DNA of 64,000 bases, taken from NCBI GenBank assembly GCA_964234715.1, contig OZ174281.1. One strand, 5' to 3'. A program made the translations under genes and the position numbers. A model generated the notes under the pieces. It was not told the origin of the DNA. It searched no databases and worked only from the letters and a program-made list of their open reading frames with translations. Position 1 is the stretch's first letter. Each line of letters opens with the position of its first letter. Shown piece after piece: positions 21,579 to 34,470 of this stretch. The DNA comes from Podarcis melisellensis (taxonomy: Eukaryota).

Positions 21579-22384
21579 TATAAGAAAAGAGCCAATTTGC
21601 ATATTCCTCCAAGTGTAGATCTAAGGTATGACAGTTGGAGTGAGGCAGCACCTCCTGCACTCAAAGTTGACTCACCAATCATTTACTCAATTTCTCACAT
21701 CTGTGCACTGAGCATAGACATCTGCAAAGGGGCATCTATACATGAGCAGCTGCTCACTGTTAGGTGTTCTGTGCCATGATGATGTGTGGAGGATCATATG
21801 ACTAGGACTTAGAAAAACTACCTATATACGTTTAGGGTACTATATAATATTAAGAACAACTTATTCTGCCTTGTTGCCTTCTGCTATTCACAGGTTTATT
21901 CATAAAGGAATTGTTGATATGCTGAAGTTATGTTATGTTAATCTCATAGATGTGACCCAGGCTCGCTCTCTTTGCTGCATCTTGAGAGATAAACAGATGT
22001 GATGGGAAGAGGGAACGCAAACAAGGAATCCTACGTAAGCACTGCTAATTATGTGCTGTGCATTTTAATAGATGCAAAAGGCTCTTCACATATATTATTT
22101 ATTAAAGATATTTATGCCCTAATGACCAGTAAAAGCTAGCAAAGTGCAACTGGATGGTTGATGACCGGAAACATGAATCTTTTGCTTAGAGAAAGCAATC
22201 TCTTTGCCACCATTATATGTGCAATGATGTGGCTGAGGATTAAAAAAACAACTAAAAACTTCAAAGCTCGTGAAGTTTCCCTTCTGTCCTTGCCCCCCAG
22301 ATCAGTTATGATGTGGTAATAGCAACAAAGCCCCTTCACAATGAAAATATTATGTTCATAGTTGGGCTGCCAGATAGGGGTTTT

Positions 22385-22440
22385 CATAGAATTGTAGAGT
22401 TGGAAGGGACCACGAGGGTCATTTAGTCCAACCCCCTGAA
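22385..22440 (-). mobile_element. CR1 LINE 3' end fragment
   Basis: CATAGAATTGTAGAGTTGGAAGGGACC resembles the complement of the CR1 3' terminus; related to 63143-63210. Confidence 0.65.
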
Positions 22441-23303
22441 AAACAGGAATATTTTGCCCAACATGGGGCCTGAACCCACAACCCTGAGATTAAGTGTCTC
22501 ATGCTCATTTTTGAGAAATGTACGGCTGATTCACACAAGCATGTGCATGAGTTGATTTCTTATCAACTGATCAGTCAACACAGAACAGGCAAAATGTTGT
22601 GTTCTTCGAAGTAACACCTGATTAAAACAAAACTTGTATCTTTGGTGTTAGATCTGTGATGATTCCGCCCACTTCTTGTTGCAATAATCAAGTGATGAAT
22701 ATGCCTGTGTGAATTACCCCATCAGCACAGCATCTTTCAGACTGGCTCATAAGGTTTCAGTCCCTGCCTAGCAGACCTGGATGAAGTAGCAGCTTTGTTG
22801 CTCTGTATCTTTTATTGGAACTCCTTTAAATTCAAACAGTATAAAGGCTGCTCTGCAATGCCCCTTCTTCAACGAAGGACCAAGTAAGTGAACAATAATT
22901 GATGCAGTCATGTTATGGGTGCAAGATTCTGCACATAGATAGATACTTGTAGATTTCAATAGAGCCCTGCTCCTTTATCCCTGGTAAAGACAGTACACCA
23001 GGGCAGCCCAGGGGATGGAAGATCTGTGTGTATCTCCCACATACACACCCATAACGTCTCCTTGCTTTCAGTCAAATTATGTGAGCTCTAGTGCTAGAGT
23101 TCCCAGTTTTCTGGGTTTGGCCTGGACAGGAGCATTCAAAATATAATTTGGCATCTCTGGTCTGAAATGGTACAGTTTAACCCGGGCTGTACCACATGTT
23201 ACTTCTACATGTTTAAATATGCTTCAGACACCACAAGATGAGGGCAGGTTTGGATGACTCTAGTTCTGAGTCCATGTACTGAAGTACATGCTGGCACCTT
23301 ACC

Positions 23304-23871
23304 TGTCAGTGTGGGAGTCAGCAGGAGCATGGTGGTCTCTCCCCCCACCACAACCTAGCGTCAAGTGTAGGGCTCACTAATTGTCAAGTGGCAGAGGAGC
23401 CAACCTCCACAGCACGTTGCCAGAAACAGAAAAGACAATGAAAAGTCCTTGCCATCTTCTTTTTATTCAATATTTACAGAGAGAGGCTTGTGAATGCAGC
23501 CTTTTGGAATAATGGCGTTGTCCCAACTAAATCTCCATGCTTCTTCTCTCCCACTTCAACAGCATTGCTCCCCTTTACAGTGGCCGCTTAAGGCCATCTG
23601 TCTCCAAGCCCTTTGCTCTCCTACTTTTCAGGCTCGCCGGGTTCTGAGAGATGGTGGGTCTGGAATGCTTTCTAGTGACAACATGTCAGCCAGCTGCTGC
23701 TCTGGCTCTGCCTCCTCCTCCTCTCCCATTATTTCCCAACTTTCCCCCTCATCTTTCTCTAAGCTGTGACTTCCCTCAAACCCCTGTTGTAATTCTGAAC
23801 TGTCTTTTTCTCTGGAAGGGTCAGGCTGAGGAGACAGTCTCCAACACTCCTCCTCTGCCCGGTCCCTGACA
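23304..23871 (-). mobile_element. Probable solo LTR of a second Gypsy family
   Basis: Minus strand starts TGTCAGGGAC, like the Gypsy LTR TGTCAGGGAA, and ends CTGACA; AATAAA on the minus strand near 23462-23467; no clean TSD. Confidence 0.68.
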
Positions 23872-25922
23872 CTAATCCTAAACTGGTAGGAGCTGGGTTC
23901 ACACAAACCCCTCCATACACTTGAAGAACACACAAAGGGAACACACAGTCTAGTCCCATCTACTGCTACTGTAGGGTGACCTAGCCCTGTCCATCACTAC
24001 CCCCCCCAAAGTCTCTGCATTCAGCTGGCGCTAGAAGGAGTTCAGTGCATTTACAAAAGTACACAGGCAGAACTCCTCCAGATGCAGAGGGACTCTGCCC
24101 AGCACATATAACTCCTTCCAACATCTGTTGAATGCATAGACAGTAGAAAAGCGGCAGCAGTGGGTGGAACTAGACTGCATGGCCCTGCGATCATCTCCCT
24201 GCCTTCTTTAGACTCAAGGATGGCTTCATGTGAACCCCTTAGTTAATTTGGAGTGCATGCTTCAAGTGCCACTCTTCAAGGACCTCTGTCAATAGTTAGC
24301 TGCTTTCATGACAAAGTCTTGATATAGAGCAGAGTGCTATGGAAAGCCTGTTAAAACAAACTAGTTAAGGACCTTTCAGTGGCAAACGGTTGGCCCTAGT
24401 CTCTAGGTGCTAATATTATGTGATGGCTTATGCATATTGGAGGGCATACCCAAAGAAGGAATATGGTGCTTGAAGGTAAAACAGTATAATACTTGATTAA
24501 TATTATGAAGAAATCACAACACATATTGTTTTACGAAACAAGTGCAGTGCTGGTTGATAAAAATCTTGTGCCACTAATGAAAGTAACCAATATAAAATTA
24601 TCACTGGACACAAAAGATCACATTTCTATATGGAATAAATGCATGGTTGAAAAGCAGAGTAGAGTAATTTGTGGTGATGCGGGCAGAATGGTTAATTTTG
24701 TGAGGACATTTTGGATGATTCTATTGGATGAAGTTCTGATGAAATTGTCTAGGTCCCCTCATCTCTGCATATATTGCGTATCTAAAGCAGGAATTTATGG
24801 CCTTGCACTCAGGTTCCTAACCTTTAGAGACATTTAATGAATTCCGATGACTTAATATCCTTCCAGTAGGTTTGAAATTGTTGTGGCGTGAAAACAATAA
24901 CCATAGGCATACAGGCATTTTGTTATTATATGACTTGCCTCTAATTTCACGGAAGTCATCAGCCATCTTGGCAGTTATGTATAGAGCTTAACTCTCTCCC
25001 ACTTAAATTGAGCATTGGCTGCACCGTGTCCACTATTAATTATTCAGATCTATTACCCTCGTTGGCCTGTTCCAGGCTTATACAGGATTTGCCTTTCTTT
25101 TCTAAGAGGTGAGATAATGGTCATCCCAAGTAAGCTCCCCTCCACCACCCCAATAACATATCCTTAGTGTTTACATTTTATCCCATCCGATGCCCATACT
25201 ATTTTAAACATGATATGTGGTTTGCTAGTAGTTTGCAATTCTCATACCTCATTGCATAAATTAATGAACCAGCCTGCACCTCATTACTCTCTGAGTTAAG
25301 CATAATTGCCACTTGAAATATCGTGAAGTGATAGTTTCCATTCTGTCCAGTCCATTGTTTTTATCAAACAGAGAGGCTTGTTGAGAATTGCACTTTGACA
25401 TTTTCTTTGGGATAGCATGCTGATTCAAGGACAGCGATATCAACATTAACAAATCAGAGTAGTCATCTTTTTGAGAAAACAAATGATAATTTTCTTCAAC
25501 GTGGGCTCAAGTTAGATATTGGAACTCATTAGCTTTAGAGCTTCACTGCATCTCTTCACTTTGCCATTGTTCTCTATTTTGTAACTTTCACAGATTTATT
25601 TCATGTCTGAATTTACTACCATGTAGGGGAGACAACGGCTGCATTTCAGGCATTATTGTAACTTAGAAATTCCATGCGGAGGGGGTCCTTCAGAGAGCTC
25701 TTTGTCTATGTCCACTGTCTGAGGCAGGGAATCTCTAGTATTCATGGATGCTCCTGCACAAAGCAGAACCCTGGAAAATCAGAGTTCCATATTCCATGGA
25801 TAGCCTTCACAAGTAGAAGGCTGCTCCCTGCGTCAGACATTTTCCCTTTGGCTCAGGAAGGGCAATGGGGACAGGGATGGCAGAGTGGAGCTGATGTGCT
25901 CATCCCCGTGACTCCCCACCAC

Positions 25923-26107
25923 CAGAGGTGGATTTAGGGCAGTGTGACCAGTTCACCTGCACAGGGTGCTAAGCTGAGGGGGGAATTGTAGAGCACTGCA
26001 ACTTTGATGTAGTGCATGTACAGAACAGAAGGCAAGAGACAGGGGGCACTGAAATTTGACCTCGCACAGGGCACTGCTGAACTTTGAAAGACCAAAGTCT
26101 GCCCCTG
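25923..26107. mobile_element. Degraded hAT-like MITE
   Basis: Imperfect TIRs CAGAGGTGGATTT and AAGTCTGCCCCTG; no clear TSD. Confidence 0.5.
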
Positions 26108-27357
26108 CTTTCACATGTACAATGTCCAGATTTCAATTATGCCAAAATCGGTAAAATGTACACTCACTCCATTGACTCTCATGGGCATGGAGGAGCTGTT
26201 CATAATCAGGAGCTTCCTTATTGCCTTCAATGATAGAGGATCACTCACATGAAAATCGGAATATGCAGCCATGAATTGTTCCTCAGTACTGAAAAAACAT
26301 AGGGCATCCTGACGGGAGCTCTATGAGTAGACTGGAGCCCAGCAATATTTCTTATGGTTCTTGTGAATAGAGGTTTCCCATTAGTGGTAGTGGAGGAAGA
26401 CCAAATCAATGGACACAAAATAATGTATCCCAATCCAGCAAGGGCTACACAGAGGCAGGTTCCACATAGGCATCTCTTGTAGGGCTGAAAACCACATGAA
26501 CAACCTCATTTCATGCATGTAGTTATTGACTGCATCCAGATTCTCTGTGTGTGGTCTCTGTCATTCAATTAGCAACCATGGCCACAGCCCCAATCCGGAA
26601 GATCAGTGCAAACTGGAAGATCACTGCACACTACATGGATCACTGTTTCAGAAACCTGAATCTTAAGCAGGTGATTGGTGCTTTCGGAACCATAGCATAT
26701 ATTTCAATCAACGCTACTGAGGATTTCCCCCTTATTTATGTATTTATTCTTACATTTATATCCTCCCCCCACCCCAAAATCGAGATGGCTTAAGGGCAGT
26801 ATCTCATTCAGGCACTGACCATACCTAGACCTGTATGGTTGCTGCATCATGTGCCTTTAGACCAAGAATCTGGAATATTTGGCCTTCCAGATTCCATCTC
26901 CCATAAGCCATAGCCAACATGGCCATTGGTCAAGAATGATGGGAGTTGTAGTCCAGCAACACTTGGAGTGCCACAGGTTCCTCACCATTGCTTTAGACAT
27001 TGAAACTATGATTTTGTTAACTTTCCTCTCCTTCCTTAGTTCTATAACTGGAATTAGACTTAATAATCATGACAGTCTTTCTGTTGCACTGCCAGTATGC
27101 AAAGGGCTTTACATGGTCCATTTATGTTTCTGTAAGTTGACCCCCATGGCCAGACATTTTGTGAGCTTCATGACCAAGCAAGTGCTTGGACCCGGGTGCA
27201 TCACAGCAAGCAAAGCCAACTGTCTTCAACTTAAGACTGAATTGCATCAAATTGTATTGTAAACCTGGGTCCTAATTCACTTGCAGGAAGGTTACACAAG
27301 TCTGCTCTTTACTGAGTCTTCATTCTGACAACACTGAGACAAGTTCTTTCCAGTGTA

Positions 27358-27586
27358 CAGTGGTACCTCAGGTTAAGTACTTAATTCGTTCCGGAGGTCC
27401 GTTCTTAACCTTAAACTGTTCTTAACATGAAGCACCACTTTAGCTAATGGAGCCACGCCGCTGGAGCACAATTTCTGTTCTCATCCTGAAGCAAACTTCA
27501 TAACCCGAGGTACTATTTCTGGGTTAGCGGAGTCTCTAACCTGAAGCATATGTAACCTGAAGCGTATGTAACCCGAGGTACCACTT
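27358..27586. mobile_element. Tc1/mariner (Tigger-like) MITE
   Basis: TIRs CAGTGGTACCTCAGGTTA and TAACCCGAGGTACCACTT; TA flanks. Confidence 0.88.
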
Positions 27587-28149
27587 TATTTTCTGTTTGC
27601 TTTCCTTCTTGCAAAAAGTCTGATCTTTGGGGGAAAATTGTTTTATTGTGCAAGACCTCCAAATCAACTTTAATTGTGTAACCTGAATTTGCTGGTATGT
27701 GACTGAATCTCACCCCAAAACAGTGATAGTCTAGAAGCACTCTTGCCTGTGGTTTGAGCTGTATGGCTATTTTTTTTTATTTATCTCTGTGGTGTTTTTT
27801 TTTTTAATGTAACTCTATTGAGCACAAGTGGCAATGCCATTGTTAGCCATGACTCCACTTTTGTGGCTAGCGTCCATAGTTGCATTGTGATTTTACTGTT
27901 CCCACTCATTCAGTTTCACATATGGTATATTTTGATGGAATTAACTCTGGTCGGCAAGGATTCTACACTGCAAAGGGCACACATCATCAGCAGTTCATAA
28001 TGTTGATTCAATACTAAAAAGGCCTTAAACACATACACTGACTATTTCTGCCCAAGGTTAAATATAAATTTATACTACCAAGGCATTATACTGACTTCCT
28101 TATTTGAAACAAGGGAATGCATTCTTTTTCTTTCTTACATGTGGACACA

Positions 28150-28156
28150 TGTGTGT

Positions 28157-28197
<41 letters not shown>
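28150..28197. repeat. (TG)/(CA)n microsatellite
   Basis: Direct reading. Confidence 0.9.
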
Positions 28198-28201
<4 letters not shown>

Positions 28202-29519
28202 TAGATATATGGTATGCTGCAGAAAGTGCTTTTGGACAGGAGGAAAAAAAAATCAGAGTTGAAATTATACTGCCATATAGCCTTTATGTGAGCTCTTCTC
28301 ATTATATATTTATTGTTTCTTCACTATCAAAAATGATCATTATCATTGCTGTTTTCACCTGCCTTTCAAAACCAAATGCCTGTTATCTTTTCTTTGCTTC
28401 ACCCAGATACATTCTATGGTGCATGCAGTTAAACATAAAATGATAAAATGTTTCTATGGACAGACTATTTTTCAAGGAAACCTCCCTTTCCCCATTCTTT
28501 CTGCAGGAGAGCAGCTCAAACCTTCCTTTTCCGTTTCTGCAAGAGGATCAGCAAAGCGTTTTTTCAACAGTCCATGCCAGGTCTACTTGTGAATCAGCCT
28601 GGTGAGTTTAATGCTTCATTTATGAGGGGATGGGTGCATCTAAATGCCTCTTTCCCTAAAGAACTTTCATTGCTAGCAAGTTGGTGCCAGAATCCCAAGA
28701 CATAGAACCAACCAAAGCATTCAAATTCACCTTGGATGTACATCGCTTACATGCAAGGCCTACTTGTGTGAACAGTAAAATATTAGGGAAGTTCTCCCAG
28801 GGGAGAATGCAGTGGTACTAGTTTTTATTGATGGGGTGCAACAAGGAGGCAGAAGTTTTGAACTCAAAAGCTCTGATGCTACCATATCTTCTGCGAGCAA
28901 ACTTCTCTGACATGTGCAATGATGCTTGTGCCTGTGGATAAGAAACTGCCTTCCAGTGCCTTTAATTCAGTCAGATTGGTTCATTTAGTTCAGTATAGGC
29001 GGTGAGCATTTTGCGCAGGATTTTCATTCCTGGCCCCTGCATACATAAGTCCACTCTGCTCTGCCTCAGTCTGCCTCATTCCCCCCATTCTGCCCTCTTC
29101 TAGGGTCCCAAAGTACCCTTGCAGCAGCAGCAGTCGCATATCAGTTGGACGCACGCAAAATGGGCACAGCAGGTATTGCATTCTGTTACCTGACAGTGGC
29201 TCTCCAGAGCTTCAAGCAAGGGTTTCAACTAATTCTACCTGGAGATCACAGAGATTCAACATGCAAAACATGTACTCTACCCAGAAACACCATGGTGCAT
29301 CTGCATCAGCATAACCCGACGCCTTCATCTGCCCCAGCAGCAACAAAACACATCTCTCCCATATCAGTCTCTACAGCCACAGCAGGCCCTGGAGCCTCAC
29401 ACTCTTCCATTGTCTCTCGGGACAAATGGATGCCAACAAACCCCTGAGCTCCAGCCCTTCTCCTTTACTGTTTATCCATATATCCCTTGACTGAAGAAAA
29501 AACAATGAAAACATGAAAG

Positions 29520-30420
29520 TGGTTTTATTAAAAGAATCAGACAATGAAAATACTAGTAAAAACCGTGGAAAGCAACTATTAAAAAAATTATTGAAATCAA
29601 CAATATGCTAAAAAAAAAAATTAAAAAAACATCGTCAACAATGTCTGGGTAGGCATGCCTAATTTTTAAAAAAGAGTTTTTTAGCAAGTGTCAAAAAGCG
29701 TACAGTTAAGGCTGGTGTCGATAGGAAAGGAGTTCTGAAGTATGGGTGCTGCCGAGCATTCTTGCAAATGTGGATCGAGCATTACATGGCATCTGTAACA
29801 GTGCCATTTGGCAGACTGAAGTGATATTGCAGGTAAGCCGGTCCCAAGTTGTTAAGGGCTTTATATACTAAGAGCAGGGTCATCTTTACCCAGGAGTGCA
29901 AGGGGTGCAGGACACCCAGGTGCCGAATTCTGGGGGGCGCCCGGCGCCCACCGCTGAAGCTGCCAAAGCTCTTAACTGTTATGAAATAATAAATAATGTT
30001 GATCAAGCTAGAAAAACAACATACATATATACCTAGGTATTACCAAAATGTATACCTACTGTTTCACTAAAGGACTTTTGACTTTGTGCACTCATTTACC
30101 AAAGACGCGGCACTTGTCATTCACAACAGAGGCACTTGTCAGACTCAACGATGGCGCTTGTCATTCTCAACAGCGCCGTGCACATGAACTTAACTAAATT
30201 TGGGGGCGCTGGGCGGATCTTTGCACCCTGGCGGCGCATATGCTAAAGAGGGCCCTGACTAAGAGAAACATATTGAACTTGGTCCAGTAGCAAATTGGCA
30301 ACCAGTGCAGGTCTCTGAGCAGAGGAGTTATATGCTGGCGGGGTCAGCTGCTGTCAGCAATCATGCTGCAGCATTCTGCAGCTTCCGTATCACAGAGCAC
30401 ATTACAGTAATCCCATCGTG
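29520..30420 (-). mobile_element. Degraded L2-like LINE 3' fragment
   Basis: Minus-strand peptide VYKALNNLGPAYL is typical of the L2 ORF2 C-terminus; boundaries approximate. Confidence 0.6.
29875..30257. mobile_element. hAT MITE nested in the L2 fragment
   Basis: TIRs CAGGGTCATCTTTA and TAAAGAGGGCCCTG; perfect 8-bp TSD ACTAAGAG at 29867-29874 and 30258-30265; three internal GGCACTTGTCA-like tandem units. Confidence 0.88.
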
Positions 30421-33400
30421 AAGTATGAATATTTGTGCATATTGGAATCAACTGATAAAATACAATTCAGCCCTCCTCCCACCATTGCACTTCCTCTTGT
30501 TAGATTTATCTCGCATGGCCTAGTGATTTGGAGACTTGTGCTCTTCAGCAGCTCCCACTCATTTAGGGAAGACTTGCGGCAGCCCTATTGGTAGTCATAA
30601 ATCTATAGGGCACCCTTTTAGGATGAGAGATGTTAAAAACTCTGCATTTCTTACCCTAGCTTTGCATATAAAAAAAAAAGGAAGGAAGGCAGGGGGGGAA
30701 ATCCACACTTTTTTTTAAAAAAGTGTCTAAATATTATCTTTTCACCATATTGAATGAAATCTGGAGTTAAACAAAATACAGGTGCTTTTTGTAGCAGGGC
30801 GCCCACGTCTGACATGCAGTTCTTGGCGTCGAGGGTTAAATTTAAATCTACATTGCCTGGTTACCAATCTCTGCAGTTGCACCCAGGCAGGACTAGGAAA
30901 GATTGATGATTGTGATTGTGAGATTAATCCTGTAATGTTTACAAGACTCCTGAGCTGAAACCTGGTTGGTCATATCATGCTACCCAGAGAAGGCTGCTTG
31001 GCTTGCCAGGGTAATTTCTTCTGATGCAGTAAATAACTAGGCATAATGAAAATACTCTGATGTATTCTACCGGCTGATTGATGCTCTGCATGTGATATGG
31101 CACAAGCAGTGCACTTCCTATCACAAATTTACATATACAAACCAGTCGAAGAAGCAGGATAATGTCAGCATCCCCCAGAAGCCCTGGGATGCTACACAAT
31201 TTTATAGCAGTTATGAATTACTGTTGACCTTTCTGGCCTCTTCCACCAGTGTGTTAGATGAAAGCGTATTGAAAGTCATTAGTCTGAAGCAGTCATTCTT
31301 TACATAATTATGGCTATTTGCGTGGGAGCAGATAGTGTTTCTTTTTATTGTTAAAAAATTAGCATTAAAGAAATCAGTCCTGCAAATCTATAGTAAATCT
31401 GTTACTCTAAACACACGTTTTAATAAAAGAAAGGCAACATAGTGCTTTTGACTTCTCCGCAGCACAGACATGGATGTTTCTGAAATTAGGTGAAATCAAA
31501 TCGTGGGCTGGCTGGCTTGTTTGGCACCTCATGGTTCAAAGAGAGAAAGTAACAAACAGCCAAACTATGAGGCAACCGTTTAAGCAGAATGTACTTGCTG
31601 GCGTTTTCAAGTCTAAAAGAACAAGGGACTCTCTTTCCGTGGTTAAATGTCTTCCCAAGAACAAATATGGGTGAAAGCTTTTGAAATCCTATAGATGCAT
31701 TGTTAAAAAAACACACACCCCACCACTATCTTTCATACTAAACATGTGAATAATCAGGCTTTCAGAACATCACTAGAACACAGCACCTTATTATCATTTG
31801 CATTTTAATGTCCTTAAAATTATTACACAAAAGGAAATGTTTTTGATACATTACAGCATTTCTTCTAAATGTGTGATTATGTTAATGGGTTTTCAATCAG
31901 TATCCTAGTCTGACACCATAAGAAAATTTATGCAAAGTTCATACCCTGTCAGGGCCTTTAATCAGGACCATTTATTAGACCCCTGCTTTCTTTGATGGTT
32001 GCTTCTCTCTTTATTAAATATACTGACTTGGCCATCTGAAGAAAAGGACAATAAAAGGTTACTGGGGATGAAAGCACGGATGCTATTTGCTCATGTTTCC
32101 TTTACAGACACGTCTTCAATAATTAAGGAAGGGCTTTCTTTGGCCTTTTAGGCGTTTGAAGTGCATATCAAACATAACACTTAGTTCTTGTTTTTATGGA
32201 ATGTTTAATGCCCAGAATTAGTCTTAAGCACAAGAAGATGGCTAACTTGGAAATGCTGGCTGAGTGTTTTCAAGGGACAGCTTTTACAGAAAATCATAAG
32301 GCTGCTTTGTCGAAAGGCACCATACTTTCTCAGAGGGGGCAAGGAAGGAAGACAGGGAAAGAGGTTTAAAGTATTCCAATAAAACACTCCTCATTTCTTT
32401 CCTCCTTTGACCCTTCTTGCCATTTAGTTTGTCCTTTTTAGGGACCCTCCTGCAGAACTATCTCTATTTGCTTACTTACTGCTATATATTAAAGCCAGTG
32501 CTTTTGACTGAGAAAGACGCCATATCGGAAAGGGTTTCTTTTTGCCGCGAACTTATTTGTTGTTTTCAACACTTCATTAATATACTGCAGAAGAAGAACT
32601 AAACAGCACCTTTTCTCTCTCTCTCTCCTCCCCCCCCCACCCCACAGCGCGGATTACCTGCAGAGAAAAACACACCACAAACTGAAGATCTAGCTAAGTG
32701 GTATTGACAACCTGGGGTTTGGATACAAATTCAATATGAGAAAACAAACGTACTTCAATGAAATACAAATAAACAACAAATTCTGTTTTAACATGTCTAA
32801 ATAGGTTGTGGGTGAGTGACAGGCTTAGGTCTCATAGGAAAGCCATTAGTTGAGCATTTGATAGGAAAACATTTGATTTGAATGTGAGTTGCACTTCCCC
32901 TCAGGGGGTGATCTGAGTGGTATACTGGGGATTCATAGGCGCCCTTTTCACTCTAAAATGCCTGCTGGGCTCTATCATGGTAAATGAAATTTGTAGGTTC
33001 TCCTAATACTAACAAGTATCTAACGATATCATTTATTTAGAACTCATGCTAATTATCTTGGGCCACTGATGTTCATTTTCTCATTCTGCCAAAAATATAT
33101 TAAAAAGTTTTAATAATGAGCACCTGGGTCAATCCTATGTCCAGTCCTGCTCTTCAAATATTGCTTCATTAGTTTAATTATCAATTTTTATTTTTATGAA
33201 AAAAAGAGAGAGAATTCATTATATTTCCCCACAAGCAATTGGCAAAGAGGAGACGAAACAACAAAACTGGCCAGCTAACATTGCCACAAGAAATTAACTG
33301 TATCAACAGTGACCTAATCTAGAAAGTAAAGTTTCTTGGACACTAATTGGAATAGTTATCTGAAATATTGATTCATATGCTGATTTACTATATATGCAAC

Positions 33401-33659
33401 AAACTTTTTATTAGCAGTGATAATGACACATTTATACAGCATTTTTGTGTGACTATGAATTCCACTTTTTTCCCCAAGAGTTGTAGCAATTTATAATGAG
33501 GTATGCATTTTTCTCCAGGATTAATTACTTTTAAAAAACACACACAGCTGCACATGAGGCTTCTAACTGAAGGATGCTTATTATGAAGTCCTAATTTAGG
33601 TGTTGGTCTTTGTGCAAGTATGAAGGCCCAAACTTCTGTTCATTTGTTAAAGTTTATTT

Positions 33660-33677
33660 GTTTATTTATACCACCTC

Positions 33678-33726
<49 letters not shown>

Positions 33727-34470
33727 ATTTCTATACTGCCCTTTATCTGAGAATCACAGAGCAGTTTACAATATAAAAGCACAAAAATACGTACCATAAA
33801 GGTAAAGGTAAAGGTACCCCTGCCCGTACGGGCCAGTCTTGACAGACTCTGGGGTTGTGCGCCCATCTCACTTAAGAGGCCAGGGGCCAGTGCTGTCCGG
33901 AGACACTTCCGGGTCACATGGCCAGCGTGACAAAGCTGCATCTGGCGAGCCAGAGCCGCACACGGAAATGCTGTTTACCTTCCCGCTGGTAAGCGGTCCC
34001 TATTTATCTACTTGCATCCAGAGGTGCTTTCGAACTGCTAGGTTGGCAGGCGCTGGGACCGAGCAGCGGGAGCGCACCCCACCGCAGGGATTCGAACCGC
34101 CGACCTTTCGATCGGCAAGTCCTAGGCACTGAGGCTTTAACCCACAGTGCCACCTGCGTCCCATATAAACAGTTTACAATAGAAAAGCACAAAAATACGT
34201 ACCATAGTAATGAACAAAAACAATACCCCCCAGTTTTAGAGGCCATAGATTTGTTAATTAGCCAAAGGCCTGGGAGAAGAGGAATGTTTTTGCTTGGCGC
34301 CTAAAGATATCTAACAAAGGCTCCAGGCAAGTCTCCCTGGGGAGAGCATTCCACAAGTGGGGAGCCACCACAGAAAAGGCCCGTTCTCACGTTGCCACCC
34401 TCTCGACCTCTCGTGCAGAAGGCACACAAAGAAGGGCCTCAGATGATGATCCCAGGGTCCGGGTCATGGA
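33660..34470 (-). mobile_element. L2-like LINE 3' end with (ATT)n tail (33678-33725), interrupted by a SINE
   Basis: (TTA)n followed by AAATTTCTATAC; similar to the tail at 52892-52995. Confidence 0.6.
33799..34162 (-). mobile_element. Full-length Sauria SINE, same subfamily as the 14040 copy
   Basis: Shares diagnostic GTACCCCTGCCCGTACGGGCCAGTC; flanked by a 37-bp direct repeat. Confidence 0.93.
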
